NCBI RefSeq assembly: GCF_006345805.1
Contig: NC_043006.1
Coordinates: 72,230,001-72,294,000, forward strand
Direction: 5' to 3'
DNA length: 64,000 nucleotides
From: Octopus sinensis
Lineage: Eukaryota
The stretch's first letter is position 1; each line of letters starts with the position of its first letter. Position numbers and translations under genes: made by a program. Below the pieces are notes generated by a model that was given only the letters and a program-made list of their open reading frames with translations, was not told where the DNA came from and did not search any database. Shown here one piece after another: positions 25,624-38,179 of the stretch.

Positions 25624-25793
25624 GTGACCAGCAAAGATCAAGTTATAAATGTCATCCTAACCAACCTGGAACTATGACTTACAAAAGTCAAAGAACTGCT
25701 ATCAAATTCACAAACCTAGGACTATGATCTACAAAGGTCAAGGGATCGGCCTTTGTCTCTCTCTAAAGTGGGACTGTGACCGACAAAGGTCAA
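25624..25793. promoter_or_regulatory. Four quasi-palindromic TGACYnnCAAAGGTCA motifs at 50/50/52-bp spacing
   Basis: tgaccagcaaagatca (25625), tgacttacaaaagtca (25675), tgatctacaaaggtca (25725), tgaccgacaaaggtca (25777). The structure is seen; function is inferred. Confidence 0.55.
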
Positions 25794-25942
25794 TGGCCCT
25801 GCACCTCTTCCTCTGAATAACTTTAAAAAATTAAAATCTAAACTATAATACGGTTTTAATTTTTGGACTATTAACTGCATCCGGGAACCAAACGACTGAG
25901 AACCTTTATGTATAATCCTACTTTCTTCCTCACTTCCTTCTT

Positions 25943-26000
<58 letters not shown>

Positions 26001-26004
26001 CTGG

Positions 26005-27680
26005 TATTAGATGGAAAGGAGTGTGAGGGTGCGCCGAACAACGTTTGGTAAATAAAGCTGAAACCATGCAACGGAAACCTTGTTACATTAAAGCTTCATT
26101 TCAGAAAAGCGTTTGACTCCATTCTCCACTCATGGCTACTGAAGTTAACTGACAAAAGTATCTGCTGCTGTCTTAGTTGCTGCCATCGAACGGTTCATCG
26201 AAGGCATGGTCAACACTCTTCACACTTATTACATAACTGAAAGTGAATTGATTGTCTCTGATGTTATAAATATTTCACAGGAACATTCCAAGGCAATAGT
26301 CTCTGCTTCTATTTATTTTTGACTCTAAATTCATGGTCATGTCTTGTATGAAAATCTACTGGCTATGTCCAAATGTTTACAGCAGCAAGAAACACTAATA
26401 TTAGTTTCAAATTTTGGCACAACGCCACTAATTTTGGGGGAGGGATAAGTCGATTGCATCGACCTCAATGTTCAACTGGTACTTATTTTATCGACAAGAG
26501 TAACAAGAGAGATGCTAATACTACCCATAATTTCTTTGTGAACAATCTCAAAAAATATGCCCCAAATATTTACTATGCTGGCAAACAGCTGGATTTATTC
26601 ACCTTTTCCTCTGATATTAGAATGGAATTTGGCTGAAAGAAATGCTCATATTTAACAACTGAGCATAGAAAAACTGTTCCCCAAACCAAAAATCTTTGCA
26701 TCCATAATCTATCTACCATGTTCCACAAAACGAGCGCTACTGATGCCTAGGTATTGATGTAAATATAGCGCTCAAAAGTACTGCGAATAAAGCTAGAGTA
26801 AACAAAAAAATATAATATAATGATATAATAGATATAACACTCACAGCTTTAGTCTTAAAACAAGACAATATCCTACAATGCATTTGCAATACCCATACTG
26901 TTAGCCAACAGTGGATACTCGACTGATTTATAGGAGAAATCCACTCCACAAATTTTAAGACCTACAGGATCCTGACATCAACAGCAGATTTACACAGAGA
27001 CAGCAGTATTGATAGTCTCAGAAGAAAAGAGGCAGTGAAAAGCCTAAGGTCGGTGTAGACAGTCTTTGAGTGCTGTACGAAGTGATTCAAGACAGCACCC
27101 GCTAAAGAATAGCAGCAAAAATGAAGCAGGTGCTAAAAAATGAAGTGAATTACATTCTGCAGGCTGGTAATGAACTTCTCAAGAAACACGCGCTTCTTGA
27201 TTACCTCCTATACAAACCAAGTAGTGCAGGGTTTGCATATCTCAGTAAAAGACCAAGAAGAGCAACGGTCTATATACTACAAAAAGGCGATGCATCTGTT
27301 TCTCATAAACTTGTGACCGTTATATCACGTAATATCTTGGACCTACGCTTTTGCAATCTAAGAGCAGGAGACAGCTGCGAAATATCCAATGAGCCGATCA
27401 GTAAAGACTTTACACTCGCAAGATGCAACGGCAAATGTCGATTACGCTACTCTTCTGTGGATTTGTGGAGGACATAATAGATGTAATCAGCAGCTGCCCC
27501 AAAATGTCATTGATGTACCACCTCATACTGCGATATGATATTGTTGCTTAAGCAATATACAATGCCATCTGCAGAAAAGGCTCCCCCGAAATAAATACAA
27601 ATATCACCTCTGCTATAGAATACATACTTAATATTCTAGAAAATACAAGTATATGGTATATGAGGCCTGGTATAGCTGGG
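26005..27680 (+). mobile_element. Decayed R4/Dong-like RT-to-zinc-finger fragment interrupted by a SINE piece (26400-26495)
   Basis: KGV*GCAEQRLVNKA, FRKAFDSILHSWL, (I)FQGNSL, THNFFVNNLKKYA (FVDDLK decayed), TFSSDIRMEFG, KCRL...IIDVISSCPKM. Confidence 0.8.
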
Positions 27681-27768
27681 ACAGAAAAGAAAAGACAAAT
27701 ACGGTAATAAAGATTCGAGTACTATTTTTTTCACCTTGTTTTGCACATATGTGTTCACCTGTGTATGT

Positions 27769-27952
<184 letters not shown>

Positions 27953-28137
27953 CTCGAATTTGTGTGAATGTGTATAGAATAATAAATCAGTTGAATAAAG
28001 TTAAAACCTAGTCTGGTTTCAATGTTTTTTGTTATGGTAGTTCAACATTAAAAAAATATTTTGTAATGCTCATAAAGTTAAATTAGCGTTTTCATGCATA
28101 GTGTAATCATCAAATTTCAAATATCGTTAACTGACAG

Positions 28138-28247
28138 TTGAGTTCTTGACAACTACAGTACCGCTTAGAACGCTCCAACAAGCTGAAGTTTTAGACCAAT
28201 CCGCATGCATCATAAACAGCACGGTTTGCCAGGCGACCGATATAAAC
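28138..28247 (+). CDS. Candidate exon (VEFLTTTVPLRTLQQAEVLDQSACIINSTVCQATDIN), phase 1-0
   Basis: ctgacag| ... aac|gtgaaa (alternative in-phase donor after 28223); open frame; links exons 24978 and 29344. Confidence 0.45.
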
Positions 28248-28319
28248 GTGAAAACCAGACCATGTTTTAACTTTATTCAACTGATACATACATACATACA
28301 TACATACACACATATAGAC

Positions 28320-28480
28320 GCAGACATGGACGTGTGGTTAAGTAGCTCACTTTACAACCACGTTGTTTCAGGTTCAGTCCCACTACCCGGCACATTGGCC
28401 AAATGTCTTCTACTACTCCGAGTCGGCCAATGCCTTGTGAATAAATTTGGTAGATGTAAAATGTGTGAAAGCGCGTCGTA
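28320..28480 (+). mobile_element. Family B SINE, 5' part
   Basis: gtgtggttaagtagctc...ggttcagtcccact...ccttgtgaataaatttggtaga. Confidence 0.75.
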
Positions 28481-28740
28481 TATATATATATAACGTAGAG
28501 TGGATGAAACCATAGCGACTGAAGAAGGGGTTTTTTCTTTGTGTTAATTGTCCTGTACTCCATTTTTTTGTTGTTTTTAAAAAAATGTCCAGTTCCTTTG
28601 GTTTGTGTCTATGTTTTCGTTTCTCTTTGTGTTCGACGTCCCTTTGGTGTCCTGTACTCATATATGCGTGTATATGTACATGTAGAGGTAGGTACGTACA
28701 TATATGTTTATATATATATGCACATGTTTTATTTCATTTA

Positions 28741-28827
<87 letters not shown>

Positions 28828-29343
28828 TAGTGAAACTTATTGTTAAATTCGTGTTGATGGGGACATCAAGTTTTGCCTAAACAGTTTGTTCAATAAGCTA
28901 TCAGGCGATACTTTCTATATTGTGTTACTGCATCAGTAAAGCAAAGTTGACCACAGGACAATTTGAACTCAAGAACATAAAATGCCGTTGTTATTCTTAA
29001 ACTAGTTTTAAAATAACTTTAATTTAACATTTCTGTAAAAATAAGCATCTTTATCTGGCAGTAGTGGTAAGACTATGTTTAGCTGGGGAATTCTAAAATA
29101 ATAACAAAGCATGTTTGGTATTGTCAGCATACGTCAAACTCAGGTCCTCTCTCCAATGTAATGCTTACATCCTACTTTTAATTGATTTTAATTAATTTTC
29201 ATAAATTAAAACTTCTTGCTTTCATTAATTAAAACTTATTTGCTTTTCATACAGAGTATAATTCTGGATATTTTCCTCTCTCCCTTTTAACATACATACT
29301 CCTACGCGCGCACACACACGCGAAATTGTTTCCATAAATTCAG

Positions 29344-29397
29344 AAACCAGAACTCTATTTGACTATGGTGCCAGTATTTAATATTATTCCTCGGTTT
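29344..29397 (+). CDS. Candidate 54-nt exon (KPELYLTMVPVFNIIPRF)
   Basis: tttccataaattcag| ... ttt|gtgagt; only phase 0-0 is open. Confidence 0.55.
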
Positions 29398-30039
29398 GTG
29401 AGTATGCAGTAGGTTCTAACACTTGTTTTCCTATATAGGTTATTTAGCAGGCTGAAACCCGACCAATTATGTTTCGTTTAATATCCACCCTGATTTGCTA
29501 GGCAGAATTGTTAAAATAAAATAAAAACAAAATTAAATAATTCTGGATAACACTTTTAATGGCAATCCGTTAATTCTCATAGTTGTAATGCTTTGATCGA
29601 CATTTTGTTGTGGCTAAAGCCGCAAAGTTCAAATCATACACGCCCATTCTGTTGTTCACGGTAATATATGCTAAACAACGGGATATTATTATTATACAAA
29701 AGCTGAAAACATTTTAAAACTACTATCATGTCCGCCTGTACTACACGCATAATTTACAGTTTGTATAATATAAGAGATCATTGTTTGAAGCAAAATTCAT
29801 TTTGATTTAAAGGGGAAAAAGAAAAAGTTTAAAAAACCCTATGCGGTATTATTTTTTGTAATATTTCTGCATTAATATTTGTGTCGAGCTAAGTAACCCA
29901 GGCCCCTGAAATAGTACTACAGCAGATCGTGTTCCGTTTACCACATAGGCTCTTCTTTGTGTATATTTAACCCCAAAATTCGAGACCATGTCATGTTTGA
30001 AACTCTTACTGTACTACTTTTATCTGATCTGAAATTCCT

Positions 30040-30435
30040 TTTCTACTCTAGGCACAAGGCCAGAAATTTTGGGGGAGGGGTCCAGTCGATTAGATCGACT
30101 CCAGTACACAACTGCTATTTTATTTATCGACTCTGAAAGGATGAAAAGCAAAAATCGACATCGACGGAATTTGAACTCGGAACGTAAAGATAGACGAAAT
30201 ACTTATTTCTTTACTACTCACAAGGGGCTAAACACAGAGGGGACAAACAAGGACAGACGAACGGATTAAGTCGATTATATCGACCCAGTGCGTAACTGGT
30301 ACTTATTTAATCGACCCCGAAAGGATGAAAGGCAAAGTCGACCTCGGCGGAATTTGAACTTGGAACGTAAAGGCAGACGAAATACTGCTAAGTATTTCAC
30401 CCGGCCTGCTAACGTTTCTGCCAGCTCGCCGTCTT
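30040..30435 (-). mobile_element. Tandem/nested pair of family A SINEs with different 3' ends
   Basis: The first copy has the aggcacaaggcc end and the second the tatttctttactac..ggggctaaacacagagggg end; they join at gacgaaatac. Confidence 0.88.
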
Positions 30436-31159
30436 ATCTACTCTACCATTCTATCGCAGTTAAAATCGCATTCGAATTCATCAGGCAACGATTTTACTAC
30501 TGAATGTTTCATTTGGTTTGGGGAGGCATAGCTACAGTTTAAAATTTTCCTTAAATAATCCAGAAAACGAAAGCACTCAACCGTAGTGTATTGCACTTGT
30601 AATCAGATATAAGTGTTTCGAGTCCTAGCATTCGTTGAGCCGGTTACCCAGTTTGCACAGCGTATGAATTGGCCAAAATCATCGAAACGCACCCCCACCA
30701 CCACCAGTCCGTCGTAGAGTTACTCATTTACAGGTAAGTGAACTGAATCGACGTAAAATGAAGTATTTTTTGCACAAGAACACAGTAAACCGCCCGGTTA
30801 AGGAATCGAAACCACGACCTTGCGAGCAGTATCCTAACCCTTGAGCCATGTACTCAGTGTGGAGCCAAAAATGTCCGTAGCGAGGATAAAAATAATTAAT
30901 TTGGTTATATAATAGACAAGATAGACAACCCCGAAAATTAATGAAAAAACTTGTTTAAGACCTGAAGTGTTCAATACTAACTCGAAAAGAACGGAATCGT
31001 ACCATTTGATGACATTTCTGAATTGACATGAGGAATGTTTGTTGCTGTTGCAATTTATCGCAGCTGTGGTATGTGGTATATCATCGCTTAGTGTCACTAA
31101 ATTAGCAAATATACACATGAATGCAGTCACATTTTATTGTCTACAAAGTAAAATGATAA

Positions 31160-31770
31160 GTTATATATTTCTGTACACTTGCTCATCCATCTTCCCCGCC
31201 CACTATTCATGGGAGGCTCGTGGGGGTAAGTCCTCAGATACCTCCTCAATAAGAGTTCTATCAGAAGGAGTCGTCATTAAATTTTCCGGATGGATTCACA
31301 AGCAGGACCAACTGCGACTATGGATACCATCCAACCGTCTCGTTCTTGGTCTACTCCTAGATTTCTTGCCAGATGGTCCAGCTTGAAGAATCCGTCATGC
31401 GATTCTTTCTTGCGACATTCTAATCGCATGTCCGTAGTACCGAAACCGTGACCTCTCAATGCGGCGACTTAGGAGCTTGGTCTGGAGAGACTCTTTGATC
31501 TTCGAGTCACACACTTTGTCAAGTGACGTTACTCCGGACATCCTTTGATGGAATCCCATTTCGGCCACTTGCGTTCGCAATCGAACTCTTTCGGTCATTA
31601 TCCAACATTCATGACCATAGGTGAGGATAGGCCAGAAAACCGAATCGAAGACAGCGAGTTAGGCTTTTTTTGCCAACCTCTCCTCTTCAAAGGAACCAAT
31701 GCTGGAGCTGGGACGCATTACTGATCGAACGTTTGCAATTCTAGCATCAGAACAAAACTGAATTGGAGAA
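31160..31770 (-). mobile_element. RTE-clade LINE 3' fragment
   Basis: PILTYGHECWIMTERVRLRTQVAEMGF...IERSRFRYYGHAIRMSQERIA..ILQA..SRSRPRTR. Confidence 0.85.
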
Positions 31771-31999
31771 AAAAACACTCGTTAAACTGTTATACCGACA
31801 TGTCTGAGATCATTAAATATTATGCAAAATAATCTATAAACCAAAGTGAGCTGAAGCGATAAGAAAGTGAATTGTTCAACTATGAAACAAATAATGTTCA
31901 GATAATTTATTTGCTCAGCCTATATGAGACGCTATTGAATTTCTTCAGAAACCTATTATTATTCTTAATCCATTTTCCGATAATTTGCTTGATGTGGGT

Positions 32000-32255
32000 T
32001 TGTCGACAACATCGATTCCAGTTCTTCCGAAAGGATGAAAAACTAAGTTGATCTCGGTTGGATTTGAAATAATAACAATTATGATTTCAAATTTTGGCAC
32101 AAAGCCAGCAAGTACAAAACTGGTATATATTTTAACAGCCCTGAAAGGATGAAAGGCGAAGTCGACCTTCGAAGAATTAGAATTCAGAATTCAAAGACGG
32201 ACGAAATGTCGGTAAGCATTTTGTCTGACGTGCTAACGATTCACTCAGCTCACCG

Positions 32256-32341
<86 letters not shown>

Positions 32342-32495
32342 TTTTCTGCTCTAGGCACAAGGCCCGAAATTTTGGGGGAGGGGGCCAGTCGATTAGATCG
32401 ATCCCAGTACGCAACTGGTACTTAAATTATCGACCCCGAAAGGATGAAAGGCAAAGTTGACCTCGGCGGAATTTGAACTCAGAACGCAGCGGCAA
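32000..32495 (-). mobile_element. Family A SINE pieces separated by (AAT)n (32259-32343)
   Basis: Repeated gaaaggatgaaaggc.aagt.gacct motifs. Confidence 0.85.
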
Positions 32496-32704
32496 ATAGA
32501 CTGCATCTCATCTAACAGCTGTTTCTTTTTCCAATGTTGTATGGTATTGCCATTGATATGCAAAAATATGTAAAAATATTAATCGTATTTGGTAATAAAA
32601 ACTTATCTGAAACAAGGAGCTTCATCAGAAGAATAAATAAAGAAGAGCAAAGAGCCTATGCTTTTCTTCTTTATTTATTCTTCACAATTGGATTAATTAT
32701 GGAA

Positions 32705-33075
32705 GCACTCCATCGGTTACGACGACGAGGGTTCCGGTCGATCCGAATCAACGGAACAGCCTGCTCGTGAAATTAACGTGTAAGTGGCTGAGCACTCCAC
32801 AGACACGTGCACCCTTAACGTAGTTCTCGGAGATATTCAGCGTAACACAGAGAGTGACAAGGCCGGCCCTTTGAAATACAGGTACAACAGAAACAGGAAG
32901 TAAGAGTGAGAGAAAGTTGTGGTGAAAGAGCACAGCAGGGATCACCATCATCCCTGCCGGAGCCTCGTGGAGCTTTAGGTGTTTTCGCTCAATAAACACT
33001 CACAACGCCCGGTCTGGGAATCGAAACCGCGATCCTATGACCGCGAGTCCGCTGCCCTAACCACTGGGCCATTGA
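32705..33075 (-). mobile_element. Family C SINE (tail type 1)
   Basis: Same head/core as the 6.4k and 9.9k copies; the tail gtacctgtatttcaaagg...ggagtgct is shared with the family D copy at 62.9k. Confidence 0.9.
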
Positions 33076-33149
33076 TGTAAGTCAATCGTTGTTTATCAGT
33101 ACTTCTCCATTTTCTGTTTTCATTACATTCTAATAATAATAATAATAAT

Positions 33150-36100
33150 GTTTACTTTATCAACCACTAAGGGTTTACAAGAAAAACCCCGTTGGGGACA
33201 GTACTTGACAATACCACGTGGAGTTACATAAAATGAAGCGTGTAAATAGTGAAGAACAATAACAAAATAAATTTTAAGAGCGAAATAAATTCCCTTTAAA
33301 AAAGAGGGAGACTTCCTAGGGCTGCTCATACAGCCCCCACAAAACCACCGAGGCTCTGATCACTAGTGCAAGTGCCCTCTCCTCATCGTCTATAGGCGCA
33401 TGCTTAGAGTAGACCTGTTCACTCGGACCATTTTTGCAACATTCACCCACCTTTCAACAAAGTTGCTGGGAGGCAGCACTTCCCTCTCTACCCTCACTTT
33501 CGCACCACTAACCCTCTATGGAATGCCAAAGTGAAGCTTCCATCGACTGCATTGCCCGACCGACAGAGGATAGTGAGCACTTGATAACACTCTAGGTGCC
33601 AGACGCCTCGATCTACGCTTAAGGCAGGACTGCAGCTCAGTCAAAGAGACGAGTTGTGGAAGAGCGAATCTGAGAAATGGTGACCACACTTGCTCACAGT
33701 CTGTTTTAGCTTCCGGGGCAGGACTCGACGGTCAGGCGGTAGTATATGACGGATGTGATATAAGTATTTGCAACATCCACCCAACCTTTCAGAGATAGCT
33801 TTCTCTCGGCTCATTTTTAGGTGATATTGGCCAACCTGCGTGTCACCTCGTCCCAGTTCTTCTCCACCTCGAGATCCGGACCAAACTAGACCCCAAGCAA
33901 TTTAACCGGTCCTTCCGTCCAGCATTCCATAACATTATTGGAGGGCATGGACCCACCTCTCCAGATGACGAGTTGCAAGCCCACTAACCTTTTTTGATTA
34001 ATTATTGCTCTTCTCATATCTTCGTGTTCTTTTAGAGCGGTGCCGACCAGGTCTAGTGTTCGATTATGAGGACTACACAATCCGTGTATGTCTACATGAT
34101 TCTCCCACCTCCTATTCCGTGCGGGATGCCTCTCAACGCCTCCAATTTTTGCAGTAGTGTCTCTAGAGCCAGTACATAGAGAAAAGACGGGAGTGGGCAG
34201 CCTTGATGGACCGAGCGCATGTTGCTGAATGATTCCGATATTATGCAGATGTCACTGTACATTGTGGCGAACCAACCGGAGAAAACGGGACTGAAACCGG
34301 CTGCCATGGGAAAGGCCGCCAAGTATTGGTAGTCGACCCTGTCGAAGGCTTTACACTGATCCATTTCATCAGGCCCCTGCCCATGCCAGCTTCTTTACCC
34401 ACCCTGCCTCTGATGCACTGCATGAGGTGGAGTTTGTCGTGAATGGATTTGCTTGGGGTGACGCATGCTTGCGTATCACCAATCAGTTCTTCGACAACAA
34501 GTGCTAACCTCTTTGCTAACACCATGGCCAAAATTTTGAAATCTGCGTTCAACAGCGCTATGTGCCTCTCCGGAACAACACCGCCATTCCGCTCCCCATG
34601 CTTGGTTGACAGGGAGATGAGTAAATCTCGTAACCACCGAAAATGGGCATGAAAGCTCCTCGATCAGAGAGTCTGGTTTCACTGACATCCACGACATGTA
34701 ACCTTAATGATCTGAGTTCATTTAGTTGGTCGCCCTATTTCTAAAATAACCTCAGGCCATGCACTTTTATACTGCCTATTCTCAGCAAGGCCATGTTGGA
34801 TGATGAAATAGACGGAGAATAGGAGAGAGCTACTTACCGTGGTTTTGTGAGGGATGGGGTATATGTGTTCCGTCCCTCTTGTTAGGTGTGAGTGTTTCCA
34901 CAAGCAATTCTTTGCAAAGTCTTTTGTTAAAGTTTTGGAAAAATTTCATACCCCCGTCAGGTATTTGCTTTTTAATGTGTTATATGTGTTCTGTTGTTTT
35001 TGTATGATTTTTATGTATGTAAATGTTAGTTGTCGGTGTGATAAAATTGCCCTAAGTGATGACCGTGTGGTTGTGCTTTGTTGGTCAAGTTTACGGCAGT
35101 GTAGTTGATGCTTAAATTATTTTGTTGTGTTGGGATTTATGATCAAACTGTTGTGTGTGTGAATTAGGTTATGCTCCTAGTGGTGGTGTCTATGATGAGG
35201 ATAGTGGTTGTGGTAGTGATGTTTACAATGTTAGTGTAGCTTTGTTTGGGGGTGGGGATGTTTGAATATTGTTACTCAAAGGCATCTCCCCCATGTGTTC
35301 GTATCTGCCAGTGTTGGCGTGTTTTTGTTCCGCTTTCTTTGCTTGGCCTTGGTGACCGTTTGCCATTTAGGCTCTTCAGCATCCCCTTCATTACAAGACA
35401 TGTATGAGTGGCTCAACGAGGGGAGGAGTATGTATTGGGGGAGGTTTTTGGTGTTTTGTTGAAGTAGTTGCTGTTGTTGTTTTAGGAGTTTCTGATGCTG
35501 CTGTTGTTGTTGTTGGTGGCGGTGGTGGTACTGCTGCTGCTGCTGCAGATTGTTGTTGTTGCTGTTTTCGCCGCTGTTAGTTTCAGTTTCAGTCCTGTTG
35601 TTAGTGATGTTGTGGTCACCTGCTTCTGTTGGTGTTGTTGCTGCTGTTTTTGCTGTTGTTGTGGTGGTGGTGGTGGTGATGCTGGTGCTGGTGGCGATGG
35701 TGTCTGCAGTAGTGTTTGTTTCCTTTTTCTGTGGGCAAAAGGTTTTGACGTGATTTGTGTCTCCACTCAGATGATGCCTCGGCCTTCTGCTCACAACAGC
35801 CACATGAAGCTTGGTGCTATTTTGGTAGGGTTATGAAGTCCGGGATGACCTGACACTTGGTTGATCCGTCTGTATTAACAACTACATACCTTGTCCTAAT
35901 CAGTTATGCTTCTGTATCTGAAGAATACTGGTTTACCCTTCTATGTCGAAGAGGACCGCTTCCACCAACCAGCAGGCGTTGATTTCTGGTGGTATATTTA
36001 TTATTTTTATTTTAAGCAGCCCTTGGTTAAGGTAAATGGGGATGAAGATGAATTCTCACACCTTTAGGTGGCGGTTGAGTGCTTTTGGCCACTTGCTCTG

Positions 36101-36340
36101 AGGTGAACTTCACTTCGACAGTCCCATATTTCCCCACTGGCTATATAAGTGTTGCTCTTCCAAACTGGTCGCAGACATTTTTCTATCTACTGGAGTGTTA
36201 CCTGCTCCATTCTTCTGCTTCTTGTTCCAGTTGTTTTGTATAGAGCTGTCCGCAAATTAGTTTCTTGCTGGACAGATCTAGGAACATTCAGGATCACATT
36301 TCGCCCACATTTCTCTAACATACATTTTTCATTTTCATTT
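33150..36340 (-). mobile_element. Near end-to-end Tx1/L1-type LINE: decayed ORF1 (zinc knuckle, T/Q-rich) plus serially deleted ORF2
   Basis: ORF1: GTVEVKF, KIKIINIPPEI, CGCCEQK..HVKTFC, EEPKWQTVTK. ORF2 ATG at 34794: MALLRIGSIKVHGL..VSETRL (APE), IALLNADFKILA, DQCKAFDRVD, QGCPL, GPDLEVEKNW, ERWVNVAKMVRVN. Confidence 0.85.
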
Positions 36341-36369
36341 ATAAAAACTTCTTCATTTATTTGCCGCGT

Positions 36370-36700
36370 TGCGTCAGCAAAACCGCTAAGAGAGGATTTT
36401 CATGGTTCGCTTTCTTTGTTGTTATTATTTGTACTTATTATATCGACCCCAAAAAGATGAAAGGCAAAGTCGACCTCGGTGGAATTTGAACTTAGAATGT
36501 AAGGACGGACGAAATGTCGCTAAGCGTTTTGCCCGGCGTGCTAACAACCCTACCTGTTAGCCGCCTCTGTCTTAATAGTAATGATAATGGTTTCAAATTT
36601 TGGCACAAGCCCAGCAATTTTGGGAGTGGAGGTAAGTCGATTACAATCGACCCAGTGTTCAACTGGTACTTATTTTATGAACCCCCGCAAGGATGAAATG
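36370..36700 (-). mobile_element. Two family A SINE copies
   Basis: Family A motifs at about 36440-36555 and 36590-36700. Confidence 0.85.
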
Positions 36701-36869
36701 CAATGTAATTCTGAATATGGCCATGGTCTCGAAATAAATAAATAAACAAACAAACAAATAAATAAATAAGTAAATAACAGGGTGTGGAACAGATGTCATG
36801 AAGTTTCTTCTCCTTGCCTGACAATTTTGTCAAAAAAAAGAAAGAAATGCAAGAAAAATGCAATATACC

Positions 36870-38140
36870 ACTGCTTATCAAAAGCAGAAGGGGTTTTCAG
36901 TAGACTCTCAAGAGAATAATTGAAAGAAGCCCTAACTGAAATATTACAGAATAGTGCGGTTTTCATGGGACGATGAAGGGTATGTGGGAATTTACGTTTA
37001 AGCTTCAAGGCCGTGGACGAGGTGAAGGAATAACTGAGTTGGTGCGTCACACACCTGTCTATAAGACAGATTCATAATATAAATGGCGGCTGAACACAAC
37101 GGTCACAGTCAGATATATAAGGAGCGTTACTGTCCTTAGACTTGTCGTTATCTTTACGGTATAGCATAAGTAAATAGTGAGTGCCAAGGTGGCCAAAATA
37201 ACATGTGAAGGGGTTTGCAAAGACGTACAAGTTCTGATGGCCGACGAAGAGTACAGGACTATCCAGGAACTGTATCGTTGGATGCAGAATGTAAAGCGTT
37301 GTGACTTTCATGCCGGGCAGAAAGCCCTGCTTTCAAACATGCTGCATGAAGAAATACAGAAAAAGTAATGATGAGAAAGAGAGTAAGGGAATGAGTGAGT
37401 GAGAGAGTGAGTGAGTGAGTGAGTGAGTGAGTGAGTGAGTGAGTGAGTGAGTGAGTGAGTGAGTGAGTGAGAGCGAGAGAAAGCCAGCGGGGGAAGAGAG
37501 AGCTAGCTAGATAGAGAGAGAGAGACAGGGGAAGAGAGAGTGTGTGTGTGAGAGGAATCGAGAGAGGGAGAGAAAGGTGGAGGTAGGGACCACAGGTCCC
37601 AGCTCAGAGGTAAGTCGAAAATCTCGACTTTGGTGCCAGCAAGCTGATGGCTAAGAAGCTGATAACCAGGAGGCAGAAAGAACACCTTCAAGTAAAGATT
37701 CGCTATCAACATGTGATCATAATGATGATGAGCGAACGGAGGTGAAAGAGGAGTGAAAAGCTATGGATGATGGCAAAAAAGAGAAAAAAGAGCACTGAAA
37801 AGAAAATTGATCCTGCAGACAGCAAAGAAAATAGGAGTGTTCAGATCATAACCAAGTTGCAGATGGATGTGTTGGACGACCTGGACGAAAATGATGCACT
37901 GATCCAGACATGGTTTCTCCCCAGTGTATGAGTGGGTTACTCAGACTGCCCTCTGCATATTTTTATTATACCTTGTTTTAACTGTGTTTATACATAACCT
38001 TATGTTTGTTTATTTATTTATTTCGATATGTTTATTGTACCACACTCTTACACTTCCCTTTTGTCTTGTTCATCCCTAGACGTTTTCGTACAACTATTTT
38101 ATTTGTATGTAAGGACTTTTGTGACCAATAAATAAATCAT
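36870..38140 (+). mobile_element. Possible ORF1(gag-like)-only L1/Tx1 derivative
   Basis: KAEGVFSRLSRE*LKEALTEILQNSAVFMGR, GRKPCFQTC (broken knuckle), a (GAGT)n/(GA)n low-complexity middle, EEW(K)..KKEKK, then a T-rich UTR and AATAAATAAA at about 38127. No EN/RT seen. Confidence 0.45.
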
Positions 38141-38179
38141 TTTCTCCCCGTAATCATATTTTTTATTGTATATATTCAT

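Noticed and set aside
25624-25793. CRISPR array interpretation of the repeat-spacer block
   Set aside because: Eukaryotic context, no cas genes, repeats only 16 bp and degenerate, and spacers partly related; kept as a regulatory or satellite candidate instead.
29046-29066. 21-nt micro-exon before gtaaga
   Set aside because: Weak A-rich acceptor, and it is not needed for frame continuity of the chain.
35276-35836. Poly-Q/T ORF as a host transcription factor
   Set aside because: It lies between a zinc knuckle and the APE start codon, so it is better explained as the low-complexity part of LINE ORF1.
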